Positions 18,241 through 28,729 of a DNA stretch of 64,000 nt are shown one piece after another (the stretch's first letter is position 1; each line of letters starts with the position of its first letter). The translations under genes were made by a program, and so were the position numbers. The notes beneath the pieces are model-generated. The model saw only the letters and a program-made list of their open reading frames with translations. It did not search any database and had not been told where the DNA came from. Origin of the DNA: Candidatus Bathyarchaeota archaeon (GTDB lineage: Archaea > Thermoproteota > Bathyarchaeia > Bathyarchaeales > Bathycorpusculaceae). Location of the stretch: assembly GCA_963833575.1 (NCBI GenBank), contig CAWHXY010000007.1:160001-224000 (forward strand), written 5' to 3'.

Positions 18241-19020
18241 TTAGTTTACCTCGTTATTCTCTATCTTTCTTGCCATTTCAGCCAGAATTTTTGTGAATGG
18301 ATGGTCCGCTTTGTCTTGAACGAAAATTAGGTTGCCTTCAGCTCTTAAAATTTCGCAGAAACATGGCACGATTCCTAACATTGGCACTTGATACGCTATT
18401 TTTACTTTGTTGCTCATTTCAGATTTTTTGGCAGTTGCGGACGCATCAAGCACCTTGTTTAGAACTAGGCCTGTCTTTTTCTCAAATAAGCTATATAGTT
18501 CTTTTAGCATGCGTTTTGTTCCGTCGACATCTGACCTGTCTCCAGTTGTTGCAACGACCACGAAGTCAGCAGCTACGATAGCGTTTATGGATGAGTATTG
18601 TAATCCTGGGCTGGTGTCGAGAAATATATAATCAAAATTTTGATCTGTAAGTAACGATTCCCTTAGTGCCAAAAGTCGGCCTAAAGCGCGCATTTCCCAT
18701 TTTCGATCCTTTGATGACATGTCTCTAATTGCTTCAGTTGCAGGATTTGCTAAGCCGGCAAAGAACTTGCCGTTTCCCGATATTTTGTCGCTTAAATCCA
18801 CAAGGACCTTATCTATATCGACCGTGTTGTTTAGGTAATCGTTGAACCAGTATTCGGAGTTCTCTGCTTTCAATATGGCAAATAAACTGGGTGCTCGGAA
18901 GTCAAGATCAAAAATGCACACTTTTTTACCGTTTTTTGCAAAAGTAGCAGCTAAATTGACCGATAGGAGTGTTTTTCCTGTTCCGCCTTTATATGAATGT
19001 ACAGCGATTATTTTACTCAT
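18241..19020 (-). CDS. MinD/ParA-family ATPase
   Basis: KGGTGKT deviant Walker A, DLD, DTSPG. Confidence 0.92.
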   Translation of the reverse strand: MSKIIAVHSYKGGTGKTLLSVNLAATFAKNGKKVCIFDLDFRAPSLFAILKAENSEYWFNDYLNNTVDIDKVLVDLSDKISGNGKFFAGLANPATEAIRDMSSKDRKWEMRALGRLLALRESLLTDQNFDYIFLDTSPGLQYSSINAIVAADFVVVATTGDRSDVDGTKRMLKELYSLFEKKTGLVLNKVLDASATAKKSEMSNKVKIAYQVPMLGIVPCFCEILRAEGNLIFVQDKADHPFTKILAEMARKIENNEVN

Positions 19021-19024
19021 AATC

Positions 19025-19408
19025 TCACCCTTGTGTTTCCTTGTCTATGTAAAAATAGGCTTTTCTTCCCTTGCGTTCTTTTTTGAGGTAACCCATAATT
19101 ACCAGCTGATTAAGATATGCGCTTTCTACTGCCCTTGCTCTTTTTGTTTGCTCAGCTATTTCTTCAGCAGTTGCTCGGCTACATCTGCATATTGACATGG
19201 CTGTTTTTCTCAAGTGATCAGGCATAGAAAGGAGCGTCATAACATCTAATGAAGCATCAGGTAACGATGCTGTAGATTTATGATTGTCACTACCATTCTT
19301 TTGAATTTCAATCATAACCTCAATCTTGTCATTTAACCTCTCGAGGCTTTCCTCAATTTTTTCAAGGATATTCAACGGTCTTTTAGTTAATATTTGGTCT
19401 TTAATCAC
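19025..19408 (-). CDS. Coiled-coil plus winged-helix protein, coupled to MinD gene
   Basis: ATAEEIAEQTKRARAVESAYLNQLV.MGYL...RKGRKAYF. Confidence 0.85.
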   Translation of the reverse strand: MIKDQILTKRPLNILEKIEESLERLNDKIEVMIEIQKNGSDNHKSTASLPDASLDVMTLLSMPDHLRKTAMSICRCSRATAEEIAEQTKRARAVESAYLNQLVIMGYLKKERKGRKAYFYIDKETQG

Positions 19409-19569
19409 AGCTACCCCCGAGTTGTTTTGCGTGTGTACAGATGTAAACCCTGATGTGTTTATTAAGTATTACGATACAATGATATTGATTTGAAAATAAG
19501 AAAAAACTATATCGATTTAAGTTGTTTAAAATTATTATTTTATGTTTTATGAGAGATAGGAAAAGGGGT

Positions 19570-19863
19570 TTAGTAGGGAATCATTGCTTGGTTACGTGCT
19601 TCCTCTACTATAGGTAAGACTTGTCTAAGTTCCTTGAAGTACTTTAGAACAGTTATACCACGTTGTGTAACGGCGTAGACAACTCGTCTTTTTCCAACGG
19701 TTCGCTCTTCAACCAAACCTTGTTTTATGAGGAAATCAAGGTATTCTTTTAGGACGCTGCAGTTAACGTTTGCTTTGTACATTACATGTGTTAGCTTTAG
19801 CGGTCCTCTGTGGGCTAGAACCGTTAGGATGTCAACATACATTTCTAGTTTTGAACGGCGCAC
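19570..19863 (-). CDS. Winged-helix regulator (HTH_45-like)
   Basis: RRSKLE...IL...T.VMYKAN.N...LKEYL..L...GL; GTG 19863 with GAGGAG RBS (track start 19914). Confidence 0.88.
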   Translation of the reverse strand: MRRSKLEMYVDILTVLAHRGPLKLTHVMYKANVNCSVLKEYLDFLIKQGLVEERTVGKRRVVYAVTQRGITVLKYFKELRQVLPIVEEARNQAMIPY

Positions 19864-19953
19864 TTTATACGACTCCTCTTTTTTGCCATTATTCAGGTTT
19901 TTAATATAAATCATTTATGTATTAGTAATCAATATTGAGTCCATGTTATTTTA

Positions 19954-20133
19954 CTAGTTGTCATGTTTTTCGGTTGCTTTGTTTAACACATTTAATCTAT
20001 TTTCGAATGCTGTAACCATGTCATCTAGCAATATTTTGCGCAATTCTGTCGTTAATCCATTGATTTCCGCTTGGAAGACATTTCCTAATTTAGCTTCCAG
20101 TTCTTTTCTATCTCTTTCTGCAATTTGTTTCAA
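19954..20133 (-). CDS. 59-aa helical hypothetical protein
   Basis: Hand translation MKQIAERDRKELEAKLGNVFQAEINGLTTELRKILLDDMVTAFENRLNVLNKATEKHDN; TTG start with GGGAGG RBS. Confidence 0.7.
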   Translation of the reverse strand: MKQIAERDRKELEAKLGNVFQAEINGLTTELRKILLDDMVTAFENRLNVLNKATEKHDN

Positions 20134-20706
20134 TTACTTTCCTCCCAAATATTCCATAGCAAACAAATAGCAAAAGCTATTTAACTAACTTATGAAAGCA
20201 ACCTATGTATCCAAAATTAAGACCTAAGAACAAAAACCCCTCTAACTTTATTATTACTGTTCCGCTTTTTTGCTCGCGTTCAGCTTTTTCTTAATTTTTT
20301 ACGGTTTCCGCTCAATCGGCTTAGTTATTTATTGTTATTGATAAACGATAAAAAATTATTAAGCATTAGTGCGGACAATAAGAGACAGATACGTAGCTTG
20401 TGTTTTTAGAAAAATATGTTAATTCTATTTGTTATGCCCTGCATCAGTAATTTTGTAGGCTTTCTTTTGTTAGCTATGTTACTAACTTTGTGTATTCTAA
20501 TTTTGGTTTTGGAATTTGTTGCAAACCCGCCAAATGGCTGCTAGATGGTTTGCTTTGGACAAATGATTGGATTAATCATAAATCGTTTTGAAAAGAGTTG
20601 TTGTTATTTCACAGTCACAAACTAATTTAAACATCAATTACTATGAATTATAAGGCAAGAAAAGCCTTAATCAACAATTTAACGTAGGTTTGGAAGTATT
20701 CTTTTT

Positions 20707-20943
20707 ATGTTAATTCCTGTAAAGGAGAAATCTTGGAAAGTTTTGCTTATTGAAGGGCACGTTTTTAATGATCAAGTTAGAGCCGAAAAATGTGAAAACT
20801 GTAAATCAACAAGTGAGGTATTAACAACTAACCATAGCAACCCTAACTTGCTGCTTTACGGTTGCAGAAACAGCAAATGTAGACACAATCTCTTGCGTTT
20901 GGATTTTAACTCAGAAATACCTCAGACAATAAGTAGTTCTTAG
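20707..20943 (+). CDS. Small putative zinc-binding protein
   Basis: CENC...CRNSKC. Confidence 0.5.
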   Translation: MLIPVKEKSWKVLLIEGHVFNDQVRAEKCENCKSTSEVLTTNHSNPNLLLYGCRNSKCRHNLLRLDFNSEIPQTISSS

Positions 20944-21087
20944 AACGACAAAAAAAAGGTCTATCTTGTATTATTAGCCTTCTAAATATGCTTGAATCTA
21001 CGTTATTGGTTTGTAGCAATCTGAATTAGACGCATTATTTGCATAAAGCAAATTTGAAAATGCGAAAGAAAAGAGAATGTATAACTT

Positions 21088-21339
21088 TTAGGTTTTGCCA
21101 AACCACTTCTCAAGCCATAGTTCAAACGATGAAAGACATTCTTTGCGCCAAGCCGTTTCTGATTCTTCTTTCAAACAACTCGCAAACTCCAACAGATTAG
21201 TAATTTCTGCCTTTGCCTCTAAAAGCAACGCTTCAACGTCATCAAGCATATCGTTTCCGCCAGCAGAATAATCTTTCACAGATGCTTTCAAAAAAGCTCT
21301 TTTTTGCTTAATTAACTGCTCAATTTTACCTTCAGACAT
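21088..21339 (-). CDS. Hypothetical protein
   Basis: 83-aa ORF with GGTGTGA-like RBS upstream. Confidence 0.6.
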   Translation of the reverse strand: MSEGKIEQLIKQKRAFLKASVKDYSAGGNDMLDDVEALLLEAKAEITNLLEFASCLKEESETAWRKECLSSFELWLEKWFGKT

Positions 21340-21548
21340 ACCAACTTCACACCTTATTCTAAACCATTAGATAATATTTCTAAAATAGTTGTTTCTTTTA
21401 AGAGTTAAAGATTGTTCTATCTATTCTTTATCTCTTATTTTGTCGATAGTCAGATTAAAATATGTAGTTCTGCTGTCATTTTTGTTCAGTCCATTTCAGG
21501 TTGCGTTTTTGATTTGGGCTATGAGTTGGTTGCAGGTTGATACTTTTT

Positions 21549-21595
21549 TTGACATTATTTGACATGATTTGACATTTTTAGACATTATTAGACAA
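21549..21595. repeat. Five direct repeats of TWGACA at exact 10-bp period
   Basis: GACA at 21551, 21561, 21571, 21581, 21591. Confidence 0.85.
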
Positions 21596-21871
21596 TGGAG
21601 TAACAAAGTGAAAATATGGTCTCTAAAATTATATTTTTTTATCAGTTTGCTAACAGTTGTTTTGTTGATTTAGGACTTGAACTATAGAGTTTTCGTTATT
21701 GTTTGTCAGAATTGATTAAAAAAATCATTTTAAAAATGAATAGCTGAAAAATCTTTGTCCACATGAAATTATGGCGCGGTCTTCAGGTTTAAACTGGATT
21801 TTTAGTTAGCATTCAGTGTCCTTGACAAAACTTTCACGACAAATTTGTCTCATAGAGTTTGGGGGTAGCGT

Positions 21872-23749
21872 CTATTTTGGTTTGTCGAGGAGGTAGGTCT
21901 CTTGAACGGAAGCTAATTTCCTTATGATTTCTCTTTCTCTGATTGTAGCTATTAGTTTTCCGTTGTCGTTTACAATTGCAAGTATAGGCAAGCAGGTTTG
22001 TCGAAAGACTTCTGCGAGGTTTAAAACTAATTCATTTCCTGCAACGGTTGCGACCTGATTTGAAGCGTATTCCTTTGCAGTACATGTGTTTAGTTCATCT
22101 TCACTCAACGCTATAATGTCACGAAGAAATATTGTTCCAGTTGGGATAGTATCATTATTTACAACTATGGCGGCCGAAGCGTCTAAATCAAGACATTTTT
22201 TCAAAACGACTTTCAGGGGATCATTCGTCTTCACTACTACATCTGGTAACTCAGTACTGATTTCAATTGCAGTCAAGTTACTTATCCTCTGCCATCCCAT
22301 ACTTGCAGGCTTTGTAGCCTTTGCGCGGGTTGTTGGAATCTGAAATGCTATTTCTTTAACGTCTGAAAGAAGATAACCAACAACAATCCATCCTAAGAAA
22401 AAAGATACGTAGAGCAGCACAGCGGAAAGCAACGAGAAAACAAGAACAAATGCAGTTATTACAACAGAGGAGAGAGCGAGGGCGATTTCTCCAAACGGAT
22501 AAAGTATCGTTCGTAACGAACTGAAACCACCAAACAGTTTCCTCTTCACTCTACGTACGCTAACTCTTAACAGGGAAAAGTTCGCAGCTAAATGAATGAA
22601 CAACTCGCCGAAGATCGATGTTGTTCCAAGAGCAATAAACGCAACAGATGGTTGGAATGGAATTAATAGTAACGTTGAAATTAGTAAAGACGCCATCCCA
22701 GCGGACAGGTTAGCGACGATTGGTTGTCCACCACGTTGTTTAGACAAGAAGCTTGGGAGAGCATGGTCTAAACTCATCTTGAATATCGTCCGCGAAGCTG
22801 CTGCAGAAAGGGAAAGAACTGCCAGTACCCCATCGTTTATTGCGGCAACTGCTAGGATGAAGACAAAGTATTTTCCAAAATTGCCAAAATACGTGTTTAC
22901 TAAATTGATAACTACAAGACCGCTTCCGGATGAAACGCTGTAAATATTAACTCCATTTGCAACAAGCAGGTTAATGAGCCCGTATATGAAAATCGCAGCA
23001 AGAGAACCGCCGATGATTATGACGGATATCATAGTCCTGCCTACCACCTTTTCAGCGCTGATGACTTCTCCCGAGATAGGAGCAATAGCACTATATCCCA
23101 AGGGTATACCCATTGCGAATACAATAGCTAGAGCCAGTTGTCCCGTCGATATGCTCGTTGCTCCAGGAAAGGATATTGGTGAGTAAAACGAGAAGTGAGA
23201 AAAGTAAATTGAAAACAAGAAGAAGCCTATCAAAACAATTATTTCAATTACTCCTGCAAGGACAGCATACATCGCTGAAGGTTTTATTCCGAAAATCAGG
23301 AAAATAAACGCTGGAATCGTTATTGCAAGAGCAACAATGACAGGTGATATTCCGAACACGTAGTTGATGACATATACCGCTCCTATAACGTAGGCTGATC
23401 CGAAAAGGATAGAGAAATAAAGATACATCCATCCAGTCTGGAAGCCGAAACGCTCTGACAGCAAATGAATGGCATAAGTGTAATAGCCACCGAAAGATGT
23501 AAAACGCTTAGAAAGTCTCTGAACTACCAATCCATTTACAAGAACAACCGCTGCCCCTATTAGAATAATTATTGGAGCGAAGTATCCTCCTAAACTTAAC
23601 GCCACTGCACCATAAGTCAACAAGCTGAGAAGCGGCGATTGCCCTCCAAAAGAGAGGAAAAAAGCATCGCGGAATGAAAGCTGCCGCTTGAGATCTTTGC
23701 TCGGTTTGTTGTCTACTGATTTCGTATCCGCCGTTGACTCGTTTACCAA
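21872..23749 (-). CDS. APC-family amino acid permease with C-terminal CBS pair
   Basis: LKRQLS..., GGYYTY, GY......GE, SR.IF.M..D..LP; soluble CBS-like tail. Confidence 0.88.
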   Translation of the reverse strand: MVNESTADTKSVDNKPSKDLKRQLSFRDAFFLSFGGQSPLLSLLTYGAVALSLGGYFAPIIILIGAAVVLVNGLVVQRLSKRFTSFGGYYTYAIHLLSERFGFQTGWMYLYFSILFGSAYVIGAVYVINYVFGISPVIVALAITIPAFIFLIFGIKPSAMYAVLAGVIEIIVLIGFFLFSIYFSHFSFYSPISFPGATSISTGQLALAIVFAMGIPLGYSAIAPISGEVISAEKVVGRTMISVIIIGGSLAAIFIYGLINLLVANGVNIYSVSSGSGLVVINLVNTYFGNFGKYFVFILAVAAINDGVLAVLSLSAAASRTIFKMSLDHALPSFLSKQRGGQPIVANLSAGMASLLISTLLLIPFQPSVAFIALGTTSIFGELFIHLAANFSLLRVSVRRVKRKLFGGFSSLRTILYPFGEIALALSSVVITAFVLVFSLLSAVLLYVSFFLGWIVVGYLLSDVKEIAFQIPTTRAKATKPASMGWQRISNLTAIEISTELPDVVVKTNDPLKVVLKKCLDLDASAAIVVNNDTIPTGTIFLRDIIALSEDELNTCTAKEYASNQVATVAGNELVLNLAEVFRQTCLPILAIVNDNGKLIATIREREIIRKLASVQETYLLDKPK

Positions 23750-24048
23750 ATTCGGAATTCACCGACACAAGTTGTTCTCTTAGGGTCTCAAAAATACCTA
23801 TAACAACCAAATCTTTATACCATTTTAATATTTCTCTTAAAACGATTTTTGACTAGCCTTTCCGTCTTCATTGTCAATCTAAAGTTTTGACCATCGATCA
23901 TTGATTTCATTTCTTTTAGCCATTGCAAAGCCATTTGTTAATGAATTTCGTTGAACTGCCAAAATCAATCTTAGAGAGCTAAAACTTATTTCTAGAGTGG
24001 CTATACTCCTTGAAAAACTTGAATTGGAATAAAACAGTGCAATTACAA

Positions 24049-24122
24049 TGCGGTAACCGGGATTTGAACCCGGGTCCTAGACTTGGCAAGCCTATGTACT
24101 AACCAAGCTGTACTATTACCGC
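24049..24122 (-). tRNA. tRNA-Gly(GCC)
   Basis: GCGGTAA acceptor, TAGGC-TTGCCAA-GTCTA, TTCAAAT. Confidence 0.95.
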
Positions 24123-24624
24123 ATCTAGTGGCTTTACGCAACAATTCTGAATACTTCCTAATAAACTATGGTTTTCGTCTTGGCATTACTCAATCTCTTT
24201 TGTCGTGCCGTTGCTTTTGCATCTATCAAATTAGGTATTGAAATACTTGGAGATCTCTATTTGGACTGGAATAAAATAAGCTAAGTTTATTGTTTTCAGA
24301 TTGGTTAGATTTCGAATTATATTCAACAGATAACCTTTTTTTGGGCTGACATAAAGAGTTGAAGATGATTAAAATGGGCAAAAAACCGAAAGAGCAGGCG
24401 GTCTTATTGTTTGCTGTTTGAGCTTTGGGGCAAGAGTTAGACCCGACCCAAGCAACCATATATTGAATATACTGTTTTCTTGCCAACACAAGCCATTTGA
24501 TATCTTTGCTTTTGAAGCTTTATTATGTGAACTAACAACGAAACTTGCTCCAAGATTCTTTATAAAATCTTCATAGATTTTAAAAAGGTATGGAATAACT
24601 ATCAATAAAGCAGCAGGTTTGACA

Positions 24625-25217
24625 ATGGATTTCTTGAAAAAATTCACAGACAAATTTACAGCCTCAGAAGCCACAGTTCAGTTGAAACTTACCAATTACT
24701 CTGTCTCCCTAGGCGAAAACCTTCAAGGAACACTCAACGTAGCTTCAAGAGAAGACTTTGACACAACAGAAGTACGATGCGAAATTGTGTGCACTGAACA
24801 AGCAAAAGTCATAAAAAACGTCTACGACCCCGCACTCAAAACATCAATCCAAAATTGGTAGATGAAACAGCCACAATATTCAACATAAAACCCTTACTTT
24901 CAGTACCAACGCATTTTGCAAACGGAGAAAGCCGCGACTTTCCAATCAACATTAACATTCCAGCGGGTTGAACTCCAACATCCCAAAACATAGACCGCAG
25001 GGTCACATGGACAATGAAAGACGTGCTCGCTGTCGACGGAAGACCGGACCGCACTAGCCAAGCTACCGAAATTCAAGTAATCGCTCCTACTTTGCAACCG
25101 ACAATACAAAGAGAAGTCATCCGAACCGTGGTTGTGATTCCCTGTAAATACTGCCAAGGTCTCATGGACCAAACACTTACTGTTTGCCCCAACTGCGGAG
25201 CAAAAAGAACAATATAA
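24625..25217 (+). pseudogene. Arrestin-N/Spo0M-like protein with C-terminal zinc ribbon, disrupted
   Basis: GENLQGTLNV..VRCEI; frameshift near 24850; in-frame TGA 24969-24971; ends CKYC...CPNCGA. Confidence 0.7.
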
Positions 25218-25238
25218 AAGAAAAAATGTTGGGTGTCC

Positions 25239-27044
25239 CTATATTTCGATTGATTTGCCATATTTAGGCAAAATAACCTTGCCAGCAAACATGCTCTCAA
25301 ACAGGTTAGGTTTAGTGGTATGGATAGGAATTATTGTCTTGGGATTTATTTTCTCTATCAGCTCTTTAAGTTCACTTTGTGATGCGTGACCTGAAACATG
25401 TCGGCGAACAAAGATTTTCTGTCCTTTTTCAATTTGATAGTCATATGAAATTTTAAAGAAACCAAGCCAATTAACCATTTTTGTTTCGTCGATTTCCATC
25501 TCTTCATTGAAGGGCTCGGTTGAAGCAGAAATATACCGAGTTTTATGTTGATTATCAAGAGGAATTAAGTCGAAAAGCTCGTTAGCATCCCAATAACTGA
25601 ACATTAATACATATTTTTCAGGGTTCGCTCGAATCTGATACGCTCTAACCCCATTGTCTAAATGATGAGTAGCCAACTGGTAGAGTTCCTTGTAATCATA
25701 AGCTTCATGAGCGCAAGACTTAGGCAGCGGATTTTTGGGATTATCCGGGTTGCCCCCTATACCTAACCTTTCAGCAACTCGAACAATGTTGACATCATCT
25801 TGTGCAATGTTTCTACCGTGAAAGTGCAGATAACCCATCTTATACTTATCATAATCAGCTTTCGAATAAAGAAGGTCACCTTCCCGCTTCAAATAAACCT
25901 TAAGATGTTCCATTGATCTTGGATCGGCATATTCATTTGGAAAGTTGTAGAACATTTCAAAAAGAAGATATGCCAGCTTAGAAGAAATAACCAGAGTCCG
26001 ACCATTTTCTTTTGCTGCCAAATAAACAGTGTTGAAACGGGTCAAATCTTTCCAACCAAAATTTATCAAGACTAACCCTTCACATCGGTTAATATCAGCA
26101 CTTATGTCTCTGCCAATTTTTTCCTCCGTCAAAACATCAGCACTATCGATTCTGGTTCCCTCCGTAATCAAAATATCTACTGAACCACCAACCAAACCAA
26201 CATATTCCTCGATCGAAATCTCACCTGCACCGTGAAACCTCACATCCCCCGTATACAGAATACGTTTTCCTTTTGGAAGAGTAAAGAGCACTGAACAGGC
26301 ACCTGGCACTGAATGCCCAACTGGAATCAATTTGTACTTAATTCCCTTAATCTGTCCTTCAGAAACCGTGTTAAACATCCGATACTTAGGCGCAATATCA
26401 TATGTAAAACGGAACCTAGTTTTAGGATCATAAACAATCGGATGTTCAGCTTCTTTCTCTTCACAGCAAGAATACTCGCCAGGACAAAGCGTCTTAAAAC
26501 CTTGCTCCTTCGGTTTTATCATAAAAGTTTTAGCAACCTTGTAATACTGATCATCAACCCCGGAAACTGAAACATCCGTCATCGCTTTGGCTAAAACCTT
26601 TGTTTTTTCAGTGCAGAAAACTGGAATACATGGATCAAGAAAACTGACATCTTGAATATGGTCAAAATGAGCATGCGAAACAAAGACAGCATCAACAGCT
26701 GGATGCTCTGAGTTACATGGACAAACATCTGTGGTTTTCCAATAATCCAATGCATCGTCTAATGGCACTTTTTCTTTAGCTTGATCGCTTTCAAACATAA
26801 CAGTCATATCAATGAGGTGGGGCGAATAGATACCGTCAATTTTAGGCAAAATGCCCAGTCGAAGCATGTCGCGCAGGGCGTTTTTGGAACGGGCCATCAG
26901 GAACTCTGAAAAGAATTTGCTATATTCACCCATTCTTCTGCCAAAATCTAAAAGAGCTGCTCCATCTTCAGTTTGGAGCAAGATTTTATTGCCGCCAATT
27001 TCATCTACTCCACCATAAAAAGTGAGTTTAGCAGTCATGACCAT
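25239..27044 (-). CDS. MBL-fold beta-CASP ribonuclease (RNase J-like) with insertions
   Basis: GG.DEIGGN, LDFG, SHAHFDH, GHS, YTGD, EGT, HVSGHAS, IPIH. Confidence 0.88.
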   Translation of the reverse strand: MVMTAKLTFYGGVDEIGGNKILLQTEDGAALLDFGRRMGEYSKFFSEFLMARSKNALRDMLRLGILPKIDGIYSPHLIDMTVMFESDQAKEKVPLDDALDYWKTTDVCPCNSEHPAVDAVFVSHAHFDHIQDVSFLDPCIPVFCTEKTKVLAKAMTDVSVSGVDDQYYKVAKTFMIKPKEQGFKTLCPGEYSCCEEKEAEHPIVYDPKTRFRFTYDIAPKYRMFNTVSEGQIKGIKYKLIPVGHSVPGACSVLFTLPKGKRILYTGDVRFHGAGEISIEEYVGLVGGSVDILITEGTRIDSADVLTEEKIGRDISADINRCEGLVLINFGWKDLTRFNTVYLAAKENGRTLVISSKLAYLLFEMFYNFPNEYADPRSMEHLKVYLKREGDLLYSKADYDKYKMGYLHFHGRNIAQDDVNIVRVAERLGIGGNPDNPKNPLPKSCAHEAYDYKELYQLATHHLDNGVRAYQIRANPEKYVLMFSYWDANELFDLIPLDNQHKTRYISASTEPFNEEMEIDETKMVNWLGFFKISYDYQIEKGQKIFVRRHVSGHASQSELKELIEKINPKTIIPIHTTKPNLFESMFAGKVILPKYGKSIEI

Positions 27045-27120
27045 TTCCAGAAGGCCAGTTACAGGTTAACTTACTTTAATAATTTGCCTATTAAGTTAGA
27101 ATCTGTTTGTTTCTCGAAAG

Positions 27121-27488
27121 CTAAATTTGTGCAGACTCATATTTTGGCTTTGGAGACATTTCGCTCATTTTTTTTACATTGGCAATTTGTTTTTTCACAT
27201 CTTCGATTCCAGATCGGAATGTCTGTAGAGGAATCACTTCCAACTGTTTTGTGCCCAAAATGGCAAACTTTATAGTAAACTGCTTAGTTCTTCTGCAGAT
27301 TGTGCTTCAATTATTATTAATCCCGCTCTTTGAGCTGCGAACAATTCTCCTACAACCTTCTGTTTTTCTTCCCAATCCTTTATCATTTCAATGCTAGGCA
27401 ACAAAGTCTTTTCAGAAACCATTACAAAATTCGCGGGATCAATTGGACCACTATAATCAATACTTTTTCCAATAACCAAAAACTTCAA
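27121..27488 (-). pseudogene. DUF3303/muconolactone-isomerase-like gene, disrupted
   Basis: ...AGLIIIEAQSAEELSSLL*SLPFWAQNSW then frameshift to VIPLQTF...ESAQI*. Confidence 0.6.
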
Positions 27489-27708
27489 AATATTCACCGT
27501 AAAATTTAAAGATTCTCTGATCTTTAAGAATATTTGATTTAGATACAACACCAACATTACTTTCTTTGCTAATGTTTTTTCCATAGGGTATCATTTTATA
27601 ACAAAAAGATTACGAATGAATTCACTCTGTGACTAGTTCATTAGGTCGTCTTACCTAACATAATCACGGAAGCAGAAAGACTGTGATTCGCAGGAGATCG
27701 CGACAGAT

Positions 27709-28071
27709 ATGAACCCAGTTGACACGGGGAAAGACGCTGAGAAAGCGCCGTTTTGTGAATATGCCACAGCTGTGACTGGGATAGGCGAATTTGAATTAAG
27801 TATTCGTGAGTGCGGCAATCAAACTTGTCCCAAATCTATTTTCTCTAATCCGTCCATCTACGAAGGATGCCCCCAGCGGTTGAAGAACAAAAGAGAGGGC
27901 GTGGTTTTAAATCAAAGTGAACCGAAAAAAGTTTTCGTTCGCGTTCATTCGAAACAAGAGTCTGTAGCTAAATTCACCGGAATTGGCTGTAACGGCTGTC
28001 AATACAAAGCAGGTTCTTATTGTTGGGGACAATGTACATTCAACATTTGGAAGAGAAAATCTGATTGGTAG
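27709..28071 (+). CDS. Cys-rich hypothetical protein
   Basis: Eight Cys in two clusters; AGGAG RBS. Confidence 0.6.
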   Translation: MNPVDTGKDAEKAPFCEYATAVTGIGEFELSIRECGNQTCPKSIFSNPSIYEGCPQRLKNKREGVVLNQSEPKKVFVRVHSKQESVAKFTGIGCNGCQYKAGSYCWGQCTFNIWKRKSDW

Positions 28072-28729
28072 TGCTTTAAGTAGGGTTTTTGAAAAAACGT
28101 GAATGCTGCTTAACCATCAGACCGTTAGGAGAACACTAATAATCTTGATCCTTTATTTCAGATAGCTAGGTCGATTCATTTTTGTTCAGTTTCTATCGTA
28201 ATTGAATTAACATTCTCGAAAAATTAAGAACTGACCAATCTAAGACAGTTTCTGTTTAGAGTGCAATAAGAAAATATTGGGTGAGGCTTAAGAAACAGAA
28301 AGAATGTTTCTTTTCCGTAGCCTTTGGATAGCGTCTGGGGTTTCAATGCCGAATTTGGCGGTCAGCTCTTTCAAGGTAGAATTGTTTTTCTTGAGCAATT
28401 GTTTAATGATACTCTTTTGGAAGCTTCCTCAATGAAACCTGGTTCGTCTTAATAGGGAAACTCTTTGTTCAATCATATCCGCTCAGATTGAACTATGCAT
28501 AGTTTAAACTTTTGTTTTTAAACATCAGCTGGCAACTCCTTGTGGTCCGACCAATAAACTTTCGAAGAATGCTTTTTAATTTTTATATCAACAAGCAACA
28601 ATTAATCATTGTCGTTTTTCCGGTTATATTGGAAATTCTAATCTTGACTTTTCGCTTTCTTGCTGTTGTAGCTAGCTAGCAGTCACATAAGGTTATTTTA
28701 TCAAATGCAAAAGTAGGTATAGAACGCTT

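Noticed and set aside
24969-24971. In-frame TGA as selenocysteine or recoding
   Set aside because: The same gene also has a frameshift, and the position is not in a Cys motif, so decay is simpler
28280-28480. HTH-like fragment (IIKQLLKKNNSTLKELTAKFG) on minus strand
   Set aside because: Short, broken and without a clear start; too weak to call
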